64,000 nucleotides of DNA, from positions 343,542,001-343,606,000 of the forward strand of contig OZ024743.1 of assembly GCA_964016885.1 (NCBI GenBank), given 5' to 3'. Position numbers and translations under genes: made by a program. How positions within the stretch are numbered: position 1 is the first letter of the stretch; every line of letters begins with the position of its first letter. The notes beneath the pieces are model-generated. The model did no database searches. It was not told the origin of the DNA and worked only from the letters and a program-made list of their open reading frames with translations. This document shows, piece after piece, positions 1 to 14,300 of the stretch. Origin of the DNA: Eledone cirrhosa (Eukaryota).

Positions 1-110
1 CTATGTGTGTGTGTGTATATATATATACAAATATATATGTATATACACACACACATACGTTTTTTTAGAGTGTTTTATATATATGTGTATATGTATGTGT
101 GTGTGTGTGC

Positions 111-142
<32 letters not shown>

Positions 143-3065
143 CCTTCAAACTAACTGGAATGTATCATTTTTATTAAAATACTTTTATCACAAGTCTATA
201 CCAGGTATAAAAAGTCTGAAAATAGAGTGTTTAATTAATTGACTAATTAATTAATTAATTAGTCATTGACAGTGAATGTAGGAGTCTCAGTGAACCCTGG
301 GTGGCAGGTCTAATCTATTGCATGCTTTAACTGCCCACAGGCCTCAGATTACTTTTAGCGGAGTCCATCCTGTTGCGAGCATTCGAGCCAGGTCTCTAGT
401 TTGAGGGCACTTTCCTTCTTCCACCCTTCCGTCACTGATTAAATAGTTAAAAAAATAGATAAATAAATAAAAATAAACAAAAAACCCTAGGAGTATAATA
501 AATTTGACTTTACTACCAGCATTGAGTTCCCCCCTTACTATCATTACTAAATATTTGTTGTTAATTTATAATTCTTTAATTTTAATCTTAAAACAAATGA
601 ATTTTAGTGTTAGATGTGATGTTTAAAAAAATTCCTTAGAAATTTCTCATATTGAATCTATATTTGGAATTATTTGCTCCTCTCTAATTATTATGATTTA
701 TTCCAATAACTCATTTAATATATCACAATTCATGTCACCTATAGCATTTTATTTTTATAGATATTTTACTTAGTGGGGATGGGTAAATAATTTGTTTGGG
801 AGTGTTTTAAAAATAGTTGAATTCAGGCCTCTCTGTTAATTGGTGTCCCGTCATCATTTTACATCTGCTTTCCATCTTGGCATGGGCTGGACAAAGTCTA
901 TTTATAAGAATCTTTTGACCTTTTATGTTCATAAACATAAATATTATTTAATTAAAAGCTGAATTTATCTAGTATTTAGATCAAATCAAAGGTCTAATCA
1001 AATCTACTACTTGTAATCTTGTAAAGTAGTACTACCTATTTCATAGTTGGGCTGTCGGCAACCAAGCCAGCAATGCTACCCTGGTGTGTGGATGGTGGTA
1101 CAAGAGATGGACAAACTCAACAAAGAGTCAGCAACCATCCATCAAACCTACAAATGAAGTGGAGCTCTATTAAGGCTTTTGAATTTAGTGTTTGTGACTC
1201 TCTTGGCAACTCCCGCTCCCATTTATGTTTCTCAGATGTATTGATCTCACCTTTCCTCTAACCCAGGGAGATTAGGGTGAGAGAAACTCTTTGATATGTG
1301 TGAGGATCACTCAAGGTAGTTTAAATCAGTCCTGGCTAAAATTGCTTGCCTCACAGTAGTAAACTGTGGTTGCATGTACTGTCTGTTGTTGAGTGATGCT
1401 GCTTCTCTATTTGTCAACTGTGGTCAGCTTTCTGGAGAAGATTTAATGAGTTAACCTATGAAACATTTGATAACATTTACTTCCCCATATACTATTTAAT
1501 GATCCCAGTAAAGTAATGGGCTGAATTGGCAAACATTAAACAAATATGCTAGGTTTTAATAAATATGAATTAAAATATCAGAATTTTTATCATGTTGAGA
1601 ATTTGTATTTCTCATTTGGTAGTTTTCTTTTTCTTACTTTTATTCATGTTTAAAAAAATACAAATACGTCATCATGGGTTTTATCCTTTGGTGAGTTGGT
1701 TTTGTTGATAAAGTTCCTGTCAAGTTCTGTGTTTGATTGAGTCAACTACAGTCTCTCCCAAAATTTGTAGCCTTGTACTTAAGTAATTATTATTTGGATT
1801 GATAGAATCATTAGTGCCAGACTTGTTCTTGGCCTTTTACATTTTAAGTTCTACAATGGTCATCTTTGCTTTTCATCCTTTCAAGATCAATAACATGAAG
1901 TACAGGAGTTAATATAATCAACTATACCCTTCCCCAGAATGTGTTTATGTTAAAAATCATTCTCATTCATTGTAATTGACACTATAATGAGCTAAGTTCA
2001 TTGTTTCCATGAAATAGTCCTGAAGATCACATGCTTTCATTTCATTGTAATCATCATAATTTGGTCATATTTTAATACCAAAATATTTTGGGTAATTTCT
2101 TTATGAAATCCACCAATCTTTGTATCAACTGTTCTTTTAGAAGACCTACATATGTGTAGGTTCTTAAAGAAATGTTTCAATTAAGGTGGTGTGGTTGTAG
2201 TTGTAGCTCTCTATGTATTTTATCAATTGTGCATGCATCATGGTCAAACGCTGAAGTTTTTCTTCAAAACCATACGGTTCCAGATTCGATCCTAATATCT
2301 GGTATCTTAGGCAGGTGTTATGTAGACCCAAGCCTTGTGAGTGAAATTGGGTTGATGGAAACTGAAAGGATGTCTACTGAATAGACTGTACTTGTAGTTC
2401 AAAGGAACAACCTTGTCATATACTATGTCATGCTAAATCTCCATGAGAATTATGTTGTGGATATATATGTGGCATACTCAGTCACTTAGATGTTGATTTA
2501 ACAAGTTTACTGTTCTGTTGTTTGAACACCCATTGTTGAAATCTGGCAGAAATTCATTTATTTTCAATTTATTGTTTAAAGGTGAGAGAAAAATTATTCA
2601 AATTTTGGTAATTTAAATTTCAAGATGTCTATATTTAAGATGTACCTTCATTGATGCTGTATCTCTATCTAGTGTTTGAGATTATGTATTATCTTCATTG
2701 TTATTGTTTATAATAATATATTTCACAAAATCAAAATAAATCTAGCCCCAAATAAATAAGTAAAAAATAGAACTTATCAAAGATTTAGAGTTTTTAGAGT
2801 GAGGGAAACAACCAAAGTTAATCTAGTTTAACTTAAAATATCTAGATTAGTTTCTGAGTTCAATCTTTACTTAAATTTTTCTACTTAAAACAAATGTTAC
2901 CAACAAGGTTTTTTCTTGCATTAAACATAACAAACCGTTTTTTTAAAAAGTTATTTTAATCTTTTTATTATACTTTTATTTTTGATGTTGATTTAACATT
3001 TTTTCTGTTGTGGTTAACCTTTGAGAATAACAAAATAACCCCTAAAATTTGCTGCTGCTTTCCAG

Positions 3066-3104
3066 ATTTTCCCCAAGTGGATGCACGTCTTGAAAACAAT
3101 GACA
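3066..3104 (+). CDS. DYNC1I: Candidate 39-nt cassette exon of the dynein IC variable region, (D)FPQVDARLENND
   Basis: tttgctgctgctttccAG|...gaca|GTGAGT. Length is a multiple of 3, open in phase 1, with UGC repeats just upstream of the acceptor. Confidence 0.6.
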
Positions 3105-5905
3105 GTGAGTGACCGTTACATGTGAAATTTCAGGGATATTTGAACTTCTTTATCCTCCCCATTCCATTGCCTTTCATCTTACTACCGACTACTACTTTGA
3201 CATCTCTTCCATACCACCTTCACTAATTCATAAATTAGCTAGTGATGTTTTTATGCTCCAGTCCCCCTTTCCCCCCATTTTTAAAGATTCTCATATTCAG
3301 ATGCAATGCTATATAATAATAATAATCTAGTACTCTCTCTTAACTACTCATTCCTCTAAAAATAAAAGAAAACCAGTAGATAGTATACTTAATTTTTTTT
3401 TTAACATTAACGACTAAAATTTATTATTTTTTTTTGGTTGTCATCTGACTTTTGCGATGATCTTGTTTGCTGCTATGATGATATATTTATTTTATGCTTC
3501 ATGACTTCATTGCATCCCCATTATCCCTCCTCAAACTATTTTTGCTTCTTCAGCATGAATACTTGTTATCTTGTTTTTGTTATTGCCTTCCAATCATCAT
3601 CTCATGTCAGTTTGTTGGTTTGTTATATAAAACATAGCAAAATAAATAAAAAATACTCATCATTATTATTTATTTCTGTTCAGTTTGCTTTGAGAGAACT
3701 ATCAGAAATTATTGTAGTTTTATTCTCATTTAATATAAAAAAAACTCCTCCCTTGCAGCATCCTAAGGCCTCATGTTATTATATTTGATGTTATGTTTGA
3801 CTGAAGTTGTTTTTTTTTTTATCTATTGTGCTATTAAAAAAAAAAATTGTTTGTTCAGCAAGAGAAAAGAAGAACTGAAGGAATTTTTATCCTTTGTCTT
3901 TTCGACCTGATTAACTAACATGATCATGACCAATGTATTAGGGAAAGGCATGAACACCTGAATTTAACATTTTATCATCTCTAAAACTCTAAAACTTCAT
4001 ATTTATTTAAGGAGTTATTATTATCATCATCATTGTTGTTGTTGTTTATTAATATAAAAATCAGTATTTTTCTTACGTGGGAAATCGTTCAAGTCATCAG
4101 TTATTATTTTTTGTTGTTATTAGTTACACATCGTACCAAAACACTTCTATTATTGTTATTATTATTTCTATTTAAAATTTTGATTTCTAAAAATATATAT
4201 CAATATGAATTACTCCTATTTTTCGTTATTATTATTGTTAGAACATTGGACACAAAATGCATTGCAGTATTTAGTTATGGCTCTTTACATTCTGAGTTCA
4301 AATCCTGCAAATATCTACTTTACCTTTCATCCTTTTGGGGCCAATAAAATAAAGTACCACATAAGTCCTGGGGTTAGTATGATTGACTTTCCTCTTCTCC
4401 CAAATTGCTGGCCTTGTGCCAATGTTAGAAAGAATCATTTTGCAAAATAGGGCAGTAGATTGCCTTTTGGTATTTGTTCCAGCTCTTTTTACATTCTGAG
4501 TTGAAACCCTACAAAGGTCAATTTTATCTTTTATTTACCCTTCCATAGGAAATGAAATACAGTATCAGTAAAAAATTGGAGTTGATGAAATCAGTTAGCC
4601 ACTTCTCCCAAATTACTATGCTCAAAACAATTATTATTTGGAAAGTCAAATATCCAAGTACTTTTTACAAATAACTTTGAACTCTAAAAACCAATCATTA
4701 GCATTACTCTGTCCCTATATCTATCTGTCTATCTATCTATTTATTATTATTATTATTATTGCTATCATCATTATTATCATTATTTAGTATATTTGTGGTT
4801 TGCTAGGTTTGTTGCCTAACATTTGACTCTGATTGCAATCCTTCAAGTGTTGATTAAATATCAATAAGGTTCTAATAACATTTCTTGGGTATATTTGCTT
4901 TGACAGCACAGTGACACTGTAGATTGGAGAATACTATTTAGTTTTGCAAGGGTCAAGGCAACCTTGCAAGTGTTGGTATCATGATAAAATGTACCCAGTA
5001 TACTTTGCAAAATAGTTGGTATTTGAAAAGTGATAACAAAGTAGAGAGGACTCTATAGTCTTGTTGAGACAATTTCTCTAGTGCTTGAGCAACAATAAAA
5101 TGCACTCATTAAACTTTGTTGAATGATTTGGGTCAGGAAGGGCATTCAGTTGTAGAAGCCATGCTAAAAATGGAATGTATGAGTAAGACTGGGAAGATAG
5201 TAACTCCAAATAAAAATTGCCTTGAACAATAATGACCTGTCCAACCTATGCCAACATGGAAAGCAGATATAAAATGATGATGATTCTGGAATTGATTCAT
5301 ATTATACTTTCTAATCTTTAAATTTAGACTGTTACAAAGTCAAATATAGTTTCTTAAAAAAAGGATTATATATTTTCTCTTCTTTCTTACTGTTCTTGTA
5401 TTAATCTCATGAAAATTAGTTCCTTTCTTATTGAAATATCTGTTATTTATATCATCATCAGTAATTTAATTGTTCAATCCAACCTTCAACATTTACAAGA
5501 CAATAAGGTAGTCTCTAAAAGGATACTTGACCTACTAGAATAGCAGCCAAATCTCTCTAAAACCAACTTAAAGGGGGAAAATCACATATATAATGTGGTC
5601 CTAGATGTCTACTGAAAAAGAAATTAATGGTTTAGGCTGGGATACCTTTGATCATAGATCTGATCAATCAGGGATGACAGTGTTAAACAGCACCACCCTT
5701 CAACATTTACAAAGTTTCTATACAATGTGAGTTGTTTGGTAAAACTTCCTCATGAATGGGGTTACCATTACCTTCAATTGCTGCAGTGTTTTAATTGAGT
5801 ATTACATTAATCAGTTTGGAGATGTTTACAATAATTATATTTTGGACATTGGTGCTACTGTAACCCAAGTTATTGCACTTTGGTAGAGCAGTATAGTTGC
5901 ATTAA

Positions 5906-6113
5906 CCCTTTAGCATTTGAACTGGCCATATCTGGCCAGAATTCTTTCACCTCTTTCTCTTCAAACCAGCTGTAACCGTCCGCTTACACCGACATTAAGG
6001 TATTGTAATCAAAATAAATAATATCAAAATCTCATAGATTTGATATTATGTGAGGTAAAGCTTTTTCTTTGAAAATCCGATAGTATATATAGAGTAATGT
6101 GAATGCTAAAGGG
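5906..6113. mobile_element. piggyBac-type MITE, copy 1
   Basis: TTAA|CCCTTTAGCATT...AATGCTAAAGGG|TTAA: 12-bp TIRs with TTAA target duplication. Confidence 0.88.
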
Positions 6114-6330
6114 TTAAGGAAGTAGTTTGTAGAATTAAAATTGTGTTTTTCTGGATACTTAACCTAATATTTACAATACATTTTGATCAGTTCATGCTTC
6201 AATCATCAAGTGTGTTAATCTGGATTTTAAAATTTCAACATAGCCATCATATTTCAACAAAGTGTATTTCTTTACATTCAAGTGGCAATCCATGGTAACA
6301 TGGAAAAATGAATGTAAAATGATGAGTTAC

Positions 6331-6471
<141 letters not shown>

Positions 6472-8014
6472 AGTATATAATATATATAGATAGATACATA
6501 TACACACACAAATATATCCAAAGTGAATCTGGGTAATATGAACAGAATTCCCCCAATTATTTTGTTTACATAATTTATGATATTATTAATACTACTGAAT
6601 AGAAGAAATATTAGATCTTTTCAACTAAATCAAAATGATACTACTACAATTATAATTATTATAATCATCATTATTCTCATCATTGTTACTGTTATTTTGT
6701 TGTTGTTTTTGCTGGCCATTTTCCTTTTTACAGTTTATCAATGAATTATTATATATGTTTTTCTTGTTAAATGGTGTAATCTGAGCTTGAATATTGGTTC
6801 ATATATATATATATATATATCTGTGTTTGTTATGACATATTTCAATGGTGTATTTTGCAGTCCACAGAGTGTTTCAGGTAGACTAGAAGTCAGGTCTTAT
6901 TCAGTTGTATTATGATTGAGATTATATGAATTTTTATCCTCAACATTATCAATTTCTCCAGCTTTTAAAGAGATAGGCAAGACACCAGAGATCTGGACTA
7001 GATACTTGATCCATTTGCTTCTGAATTCAAACCCTGCTGGAGTTGATAAAAAAATATTAGTGGTCTATGTCAGAGATTTTCCTAATTTAGTTTGGAACAC
7101 TTATAGGATTTTTTAAAAATCACTAAATCCATACCTATATCTTACAGAAAATCACCACCACTCTAATATTACTTTGGGATTATGTGAAACAAAATTTGTT
7201 TTAGACAGAATTTAAAAAAAAAAAGCAAATTTTTATCAAAACACACCTTATCTTGAGAAACCCCAGAATTTTGTGGAACTTTCTGATGAAAACACTGCTC
7301 TGTGTAATCAGTTATACTCTAACCTCTATATGAAATGATGTGCTGAAGCAAGAGATAATTGTTAAGGTTTGGAAGTCAATAGAAATTGTGGCCAGGTAGA
7401 GTGGTTGTCATGTGATATTTTGAGTTTTGTTGTTCTGAGCTTAGATCTGATCAGTCAACTATATGTTTCATTATTTGGAGATTTGTAAGATATTTCAGTA
7501 TGCTACTGTTGTTGAGTAAATAGATTTTATCCTCTCTCTAACATAACCACTTTTAAATACCCAGTAAAAATAATTTATTGATATATTTTTATAACTATTT
7601 AATCAGTGAGGGAAGGGTAGTGCCCATGACCCCTTTCAGGACACTTGAGAAGAAAGATGATGGTATCCTCAAATCAGATCTGGCCTGAATGCCTGCAACT
7701 ATGTGGACTCCACTAAAAGCACCTGGATTAATTCTACCACACAAATAAGTCAATAAGGGATTTGAACTCAGAATGCAATGAACCAAAACAAATACCACAC
7801 ACCAACCACTTTGCCAATTTGTCTATGAGGTTGTATTAATTTTGATACTGAAGGGAAAAGACAAATAAGAAGAGCTACAAGAAAGGTTGTTGATCAACAA
7901 AATGGTTGATGATAGTATTTAATATCCTAATGAATGACGTTTCGTATTTGATTATTTCTGTCTACTTGATCTCCATTTCTGTCATTCATCTCTTCATAGT
8001 TTTCATGTTATGAG

Positions 8015-8101
8015 AATATATATATATATATATATATATATCCACACACATATATGTACATGTATATATGTATATACACGTACATGTATATATGCATATG
8101 C

Positions 8102-8135
<34 letters not shown>

Positions 8136-8174
8136 ATATATATGTATATATGTATTTATATATATGTATATACG

Positions 8175-8220
<46 letters not shown>

Positions 8221-8222
8221 CG

Positions 8223-8268
<46 letters not shown>

Positions 8269-8474
8269 CGTATATATATATATATGTATATATGTATTTA
8301 TATATATATATATTTATAAATATGTATATATTTATATATATATGTATATATTTATATATATATGTATATACGTATTTGTATATATATATGTATATATTTA
8401 TATATATGTATATACGTATATATATGTATATATTTATATATATGTATATACGTATATATATGTATATATTTATA

Positions 8475-8513
<39 letters not shown>

Positions 8514-8674
8514 TTATATATATATGTATATACGTATTTATATATATACATGTATAAACGTATTTATGTATATATGTATAAACGTATTTATGTATATATG
8601 TATAAACGTATTTATATATATATGTATATACGTATTTATATATATATATATTTATATATATGTATATATGTATT

Positions 8675-8711
<37 letters not shown>

Positions 8712-8804
8712 ATATGTATATACGTATTTATATATATATATATATATATATGTATATACGTATTTATATATATATATATTTATATATGTATATACGTATT
8801 TATT

Positions 8805-8835
<31 letters not shown>

Positions 8836-8906
8836 GTATATACGTATTTATATATATATATATTTATATATATATATTTATATATATATGTATATACGTA
8901 TTTATT

Positions 8907-8941
<35 letters not shown>

Positions 8942-9016
8942 ATATGTATATACGTATTTATATATATATATATTTATATATATATATTTATATATATATG
9001 TATATACGTATTTATT

Positions 9017-9049
<33 letters not shown>

Positions 9050-9088
9050 ATATGTATATACGTATTTATATATATATATGTATATACG

Positions 9089-9133
<45 letters not shown>

Positions 9134-9176
9134 ATATGTATATACGTATTTATATATATATATGTATATACGTATT

Positions 9177-9211
<35 letters not shown>

Positions 9212-9288
9212 ATATGTATATACGTATTTATATATATATGTATATACGTATTTATATATATATATATATATATATGAATATACGTATT

Positions 9289-9319
<31 letters not shown>

Positions 9320-9809
9320 GTATATACATATTTATTTATATATATATATGTATATACGTATTTATATATATATATATGTATATACGTATTTATATATATA
9401 TATATGTATATACGTATATATATATATGTATATACGTATATATATATATGTATATACGTATATATATATATATATGTATATACGTATTTATATATATATA
9501 TATATGTATATACGTATTTATATATATATATATATATATATGTATATACGTATTTATATATATATATATGTATTTATATATATGCATATATGTATTTATA
9601 TATATGCATATACGTATTTATATATATGTATATACGTATTTATATATGTGTGTGTATATATGTGTGTGTGTGTGTATATATAAATGTTTATGTATATATA
9701 TATAAATACAAAGCTATATATATATATATATATATAATGTGTGTGTGTATGTATATATATATGTGTGTGTATATATAAATGTTTATGTATATATATATAT
9801 ATATATATA
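8015..9809. repeat. 1.8-kb compound TA micro/minisatellite with a recurring TGTATATACGTATTTA unit
   Basis: Direct inspection. Confidence 0.98.
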
Positions 9810-10852
9810 GCTTTGTTTCATATTTTGCTTATTGTACATTTTATTTTTTGCTTTGTTTTTATTTTTTTTCTTAAAAGTATTTATTTAAATAAGTAATGGA
9901 AACTTGAGTTTCTGGCTTTGGATTTTATTTGTTTTTAATCGGCCAATTATGATTTATCATTATACTTATTATTATTACTGTTGCTATTATTCTTATTATT
10001 TTAATTAACACCTGTAAATTAATCGTTATGCTTGAATTTATTTTAATCTGTTACATCTTAGAAGAGGAACAAATGGTCTTACTAAAATATGAAACTAAAC
10101 TATGGAAAATTATTTTTTTAAAAATTAAATAAATAATGAAAATAAGAAATTTCATTTAGCTCACAATAAATATAACTTTGTATATACTATAATAATGATG
10201 TTGTATGTACTATTTGATAAATAATTATTATAACATTAACAAACTTGGCATGATTTTGATGGTGTTCTATAACCCACTCAAAAATGAATTCTACATAATG
10301 ATTCTGTTGCCTGCAGATATATACCATAATGCATCTGTGTTATGCTGCATGACTACTGGCATAAATACATACAAATAAGAAACTAGAACCATAAGAAACA
10401 TGATGTTATTATTATAGACATGTTTGGATCTTGTGGAAGTTTCTATGTTTGTTGTTTATTTATCTGTCTGTATCTTAATCCTTGTTATCAATCTCATTCT
10501 CCAGATAACAGTCTGAATTGCATGTGTCTATTATTACTGAAGCAAATTCTTATGAACAAGCCAAGAACTATGTAGATAGCTAAGATATGATAATGCAAAC
10601 TATGATAAAAAGGAAAGACATAAAAGGGAGCTAATATTTATAGTATTAAGAAATTATATATATACACACATATATAATTAATTAGAGTAAGTGTTAGTTC
10701 ATCACCAACACATTAGTATGCAGGGTAGAGCACTCAATGAAGTACACAAGTGGGTCTGTTTACTCCGGACTATATTTGTAAACATGAAGTACAAATCAAC
10801 AGGTTATAATCTTTTGACTTGTAGTTCATGTTTATTTACACACACACATATG

Positions 10853-11008
10853 TGGTTGGTGTTAGGAAGGGCATCCAGCATAGAAAACCTGCCAGGGACA
10901 GTTCTGTACGAGCGAGACACGGTCTCCCAACCAATTTCACCTCAAGTGGAACAAAACCATCCAACCCATGCTGGCGTGGAAGATGGACGTTAAACAATGA
11001 TGATGATA
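10853..11008 (+). mobile_element. Short element with an RTE-type 3' tail (related copy at 18580-18698)
   Basis: ggttggtgttaggaagggcatccagc...ccaacccatgctggcgtggaagatggacgttaaac(gat)n shares its 3' end with the RTE at 55417-55570. Confidence 0.75.
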
Positions 11009-11149
11009 TTTATATCATATACACACACTAACATATTCATATACTAGCCATACTTTAATTAATCTCCCAAGCAGATCCAGGTTATTACACAGACCCCACT
11101 GTTGGGAGTGATAATTGTCAGAAACTACTCATCATTAGTAATTGTTATT

Positions 11150-12070
11150 ATTGTGCCAAAAGTGGAAACAATTATCGGGGTTGATAAAATAAAGCACCAG
11201 TTATACACTGGGATTATATCTGGCCTTGTGCCAAATGTAGAAACAATTATTATTATTATTATCCTCATCATAAGGTGGTGGATTGGCAGTATCGGTAAAG
11301 GGTCGGACGCCATGCTTTACAGCAAAGAGTTATGGCCTTTTACGGTCTGAGTTCAAATCCCGCTGAGATTAACTTTGCCTTTCATCCTTACGGGGGTCAA
11401 TAAAATAAAGTACCAGTAACGTACTGGGGTCGATTTAATCGACTTTCCTCTCCCCCAGAATTGCTGGCATTGTGCCTATACTAGAAATCATCATTATCAT
11501 CATTATCATCATGATCGTCCTCATCATCATCATCACCATGATCATCATGATGATCATGATCATCATGATCATTATCATTATCATGATCATCATCATCATC
11601 ATCATCATGCAGTAGTGGATTGGCAGTATCAGTAGAGCGCCGGGCAACATGCTTTGCAGTATAGATTTTACGGCTCTTTACGTTCTGAGTTCAAATCTTG
11701 TCCAGGTTAACTTTGCCTTTCATCCTTATGAGGTCTATAAAATAAAGTACCAGTAATGCTCTGAGGTCGATGTAATCGACTTTCCCCTCCCACAAAATTA
11801 CTGGCCTTGTGCTTATACTAGAAATCATTATTATTATTGGTGGTGGTGGAGGTATAAATAATAAATTTGAATTTGGAATAAGCAGAGTCATTAGAGTATC
11901 GGACAAAAAGGCTTTGCGGTATTTGTTTTGGCCCTTTACGTTCTGAGTTCAAATCCCACCAAGAGATCTGTCAGGGATCAATAAAATAAAGTACCACTTC
12001 AGTATTGGAGTTGATGTAATTGACTTTTTCCCTCTCCACAAATTATTGTCTTGTGTTTAATTTAGAAATT
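11150..12070 (+). mobile_element. Tandem cluster of about 4 tRNA-headed SINEs with a Deu/Nin-like central domain, separated by ATT/ATC tails
   Basis: Repeated tggcagtatcggtaga...ctgagttcaaatccc (A/B boxes), aactttgcctttcatcctt..gggtcgataaaataaagtaccagt, and ttgctggccttgtgcc.aaa.tagaaa. Confidence 0.85.
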
Positions 12071-12357
12071 GTTAAAAATATTAGTTAAGTATTCTTATAA
12101 ATAATCATGTATCTTAAGAAGATAGATTACTGGGCTTAACTTTTCTAGGAGAATTGCTATGGTTTTTATTTATTTATTCATTTATTTATCTATTTATTTG
12201 TTTAGCTTATTTATTTCATAGATATGAAATTGAAAAAAAAAAGGGATATGGAAATATCTATAAAAAAATATATATATACTGAAAGCTTATCGACTTAGTT
12301 TTTTATGTGGCTTTTGTTTTTGATTTTGTCTATCATTTTACTTTGCTGACATTGAAG

Positions 12358-12381
12358 CTCGGGGACCATGGGATTATTACG
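12358..12381 (+). CDS. DYNC1I: 24-nt microexon of dynein IC, (A)RGPWDYY
   Basis: U-rich tract, then ctttgctgacattgaAG|ctcggggaccatgggattattacg|GTAAGT. Phase 1-1. It ends in DYY like the AHATDYY variable segment recalled from Drosophila dynein IC. Confidence 0.85.
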
Positions 12382-12672
12382 GTAAGTGAATTTCTGGCCT
12401 AGGGATGAATTCTTCGTTCCTCCTGCTTGTTTGAGCATGCCTCATGTTTACAAACAACAATAACAACAACAACAATAACAACAACAACCTACTTCCCCCC
12501 TTACATGTATTTTTTTTTTAATCAACACTGCCAGCCAACCAACCAACCAAGATGTTGTTGATCATTATTAGCGCCTGCAAAACTGCCCAAATAAACGCAC
12601 CTTCCGGATGTTGTCAGTGACATACATACATCTCTTTCTCTCTATCTCTCCATCTCTTTCTTTCTATGTATG

Positions 12673-12706
<34 letters not shown>

Positions 12707-12847
12707 TTTTTTTTCATGGCAAATCCTAATTTGTTATGGGTAATTTTTCTGTGAATTGTGTTGCCATTGTCTCATCCTCTGGTTAAAATACCTATATGGA
12801 ATGATTCCTCCCTTATTTTAATGTTATTTTGTGCAAATGATTGTGTT

Positions 12848-13435
<588 letters not shown>

Positions 13436-14214
13436 ACATTACATATGCTATCACCATGTACATCTATTCACTATGTGGTTCAATTGTTTTTGTTTTTTGT
13501 TTTCTGTGTTTTTGTTGGTTTGTGATGTGTTAAGTTGCTGAACAGCTGAAATGTGTTTTTTTTTTATTAGACTTAGTGCTAGTACCGTCTTTGTTCTCTT
13601 AAGTATTATTATAATCATTTTTATTATACACTTCATTATTTATATAGTTTGCTTCATCATGTGTGTGAATATATGTATTTTTATTTAATTATATATCTAT
13701 ATATTTAAAATATATAATTTTAATAATAAATACATATACTTCAAATTTAATTATATATATTTTTTAGAATTTTCTTAATTTCAGCTCAAACAATTCTGGA
13801 TAGTCTCTAATTTTTTAAAGCATATTATTTTATGATATTCCATCTAAAAAAATTGTTCTGTGTTTTAGAGTAAATTATATATCTATGGAATTATAGAGAA
13901 AGAAAAAATCCCATCATTATATAGTGTTATTTTTTAAAAACTATTAACCTCCCGTAATGATTGAATAGAAAATATATTAAAAAAATACGAATCTGTTAAT
14001 TCAAATGCTTATAGTATCTTTACCAGTAGGGGGATTGTTGTAAGCTAAAGTAAAGTTTTAAATTTTTAATGTGATGTAGTCAGTTTTGTACTTCTCAAGA
14101 ATGTCTCGTTAATGCAGTTTCAATGCAGTACAGGATGTTAAGAGTTAATATTCATTAATTTGGTATTTATTATGAACTTTATTTTACTTAAGTTCAATAT
14201 CACCTCTCTTCTTT

Positions 14215-14245
<31 letters not shown>

Positions 14246-14276
14246 TTTTATGTCTCCCACTGTTATTATTGTTTAG

Positions 14277-14300
14277 GTAATAACAACCTTGTTGGCAACA
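14277..14300 (+). CDS. DYNC1I: Candidate 24-nt microexon of dynein IC, (G)NNNLVGN
   Basis: tgtctcccactgttattattgtttAG|gtaataacaaccttgttggcaaca|GTGAGG. Phase 1-1 with no stop, but no homology support. Confidence 0.4.

Noticed and set aside
8010-9778. Long ORFs up to 557 aa rich in Y/I/C/V/M/H/T (also 6247-6556, 12758-13533, 22062-22702, 26386-27295, 35513-36030, 40156-41143)
   Set aside because: They are translations of dinucleotide microsatellites lacking stops, not genes.
10062-10131. Acceptor after a long AG-free zone reading EEEQMVLLKYETKLWKIIFLKIK*
   Set aside because: No frame-preserving donor, and AG-free stretches are common in this AT-rich DNA.
11150-12070. Repeat-spacer appearance (CRISPR-like) and tRNA-like A/B boxes
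   Set aside because: These are tandem SINEs with simple-repeat tails in a eukaryotic genome. There is no cloverleaf and no cas genes.
13535-13552. 18-nt in-frame unit (V)AEQLK
   Set aside because: The donor aat|GTGTTT is too weak and there is no homology support.
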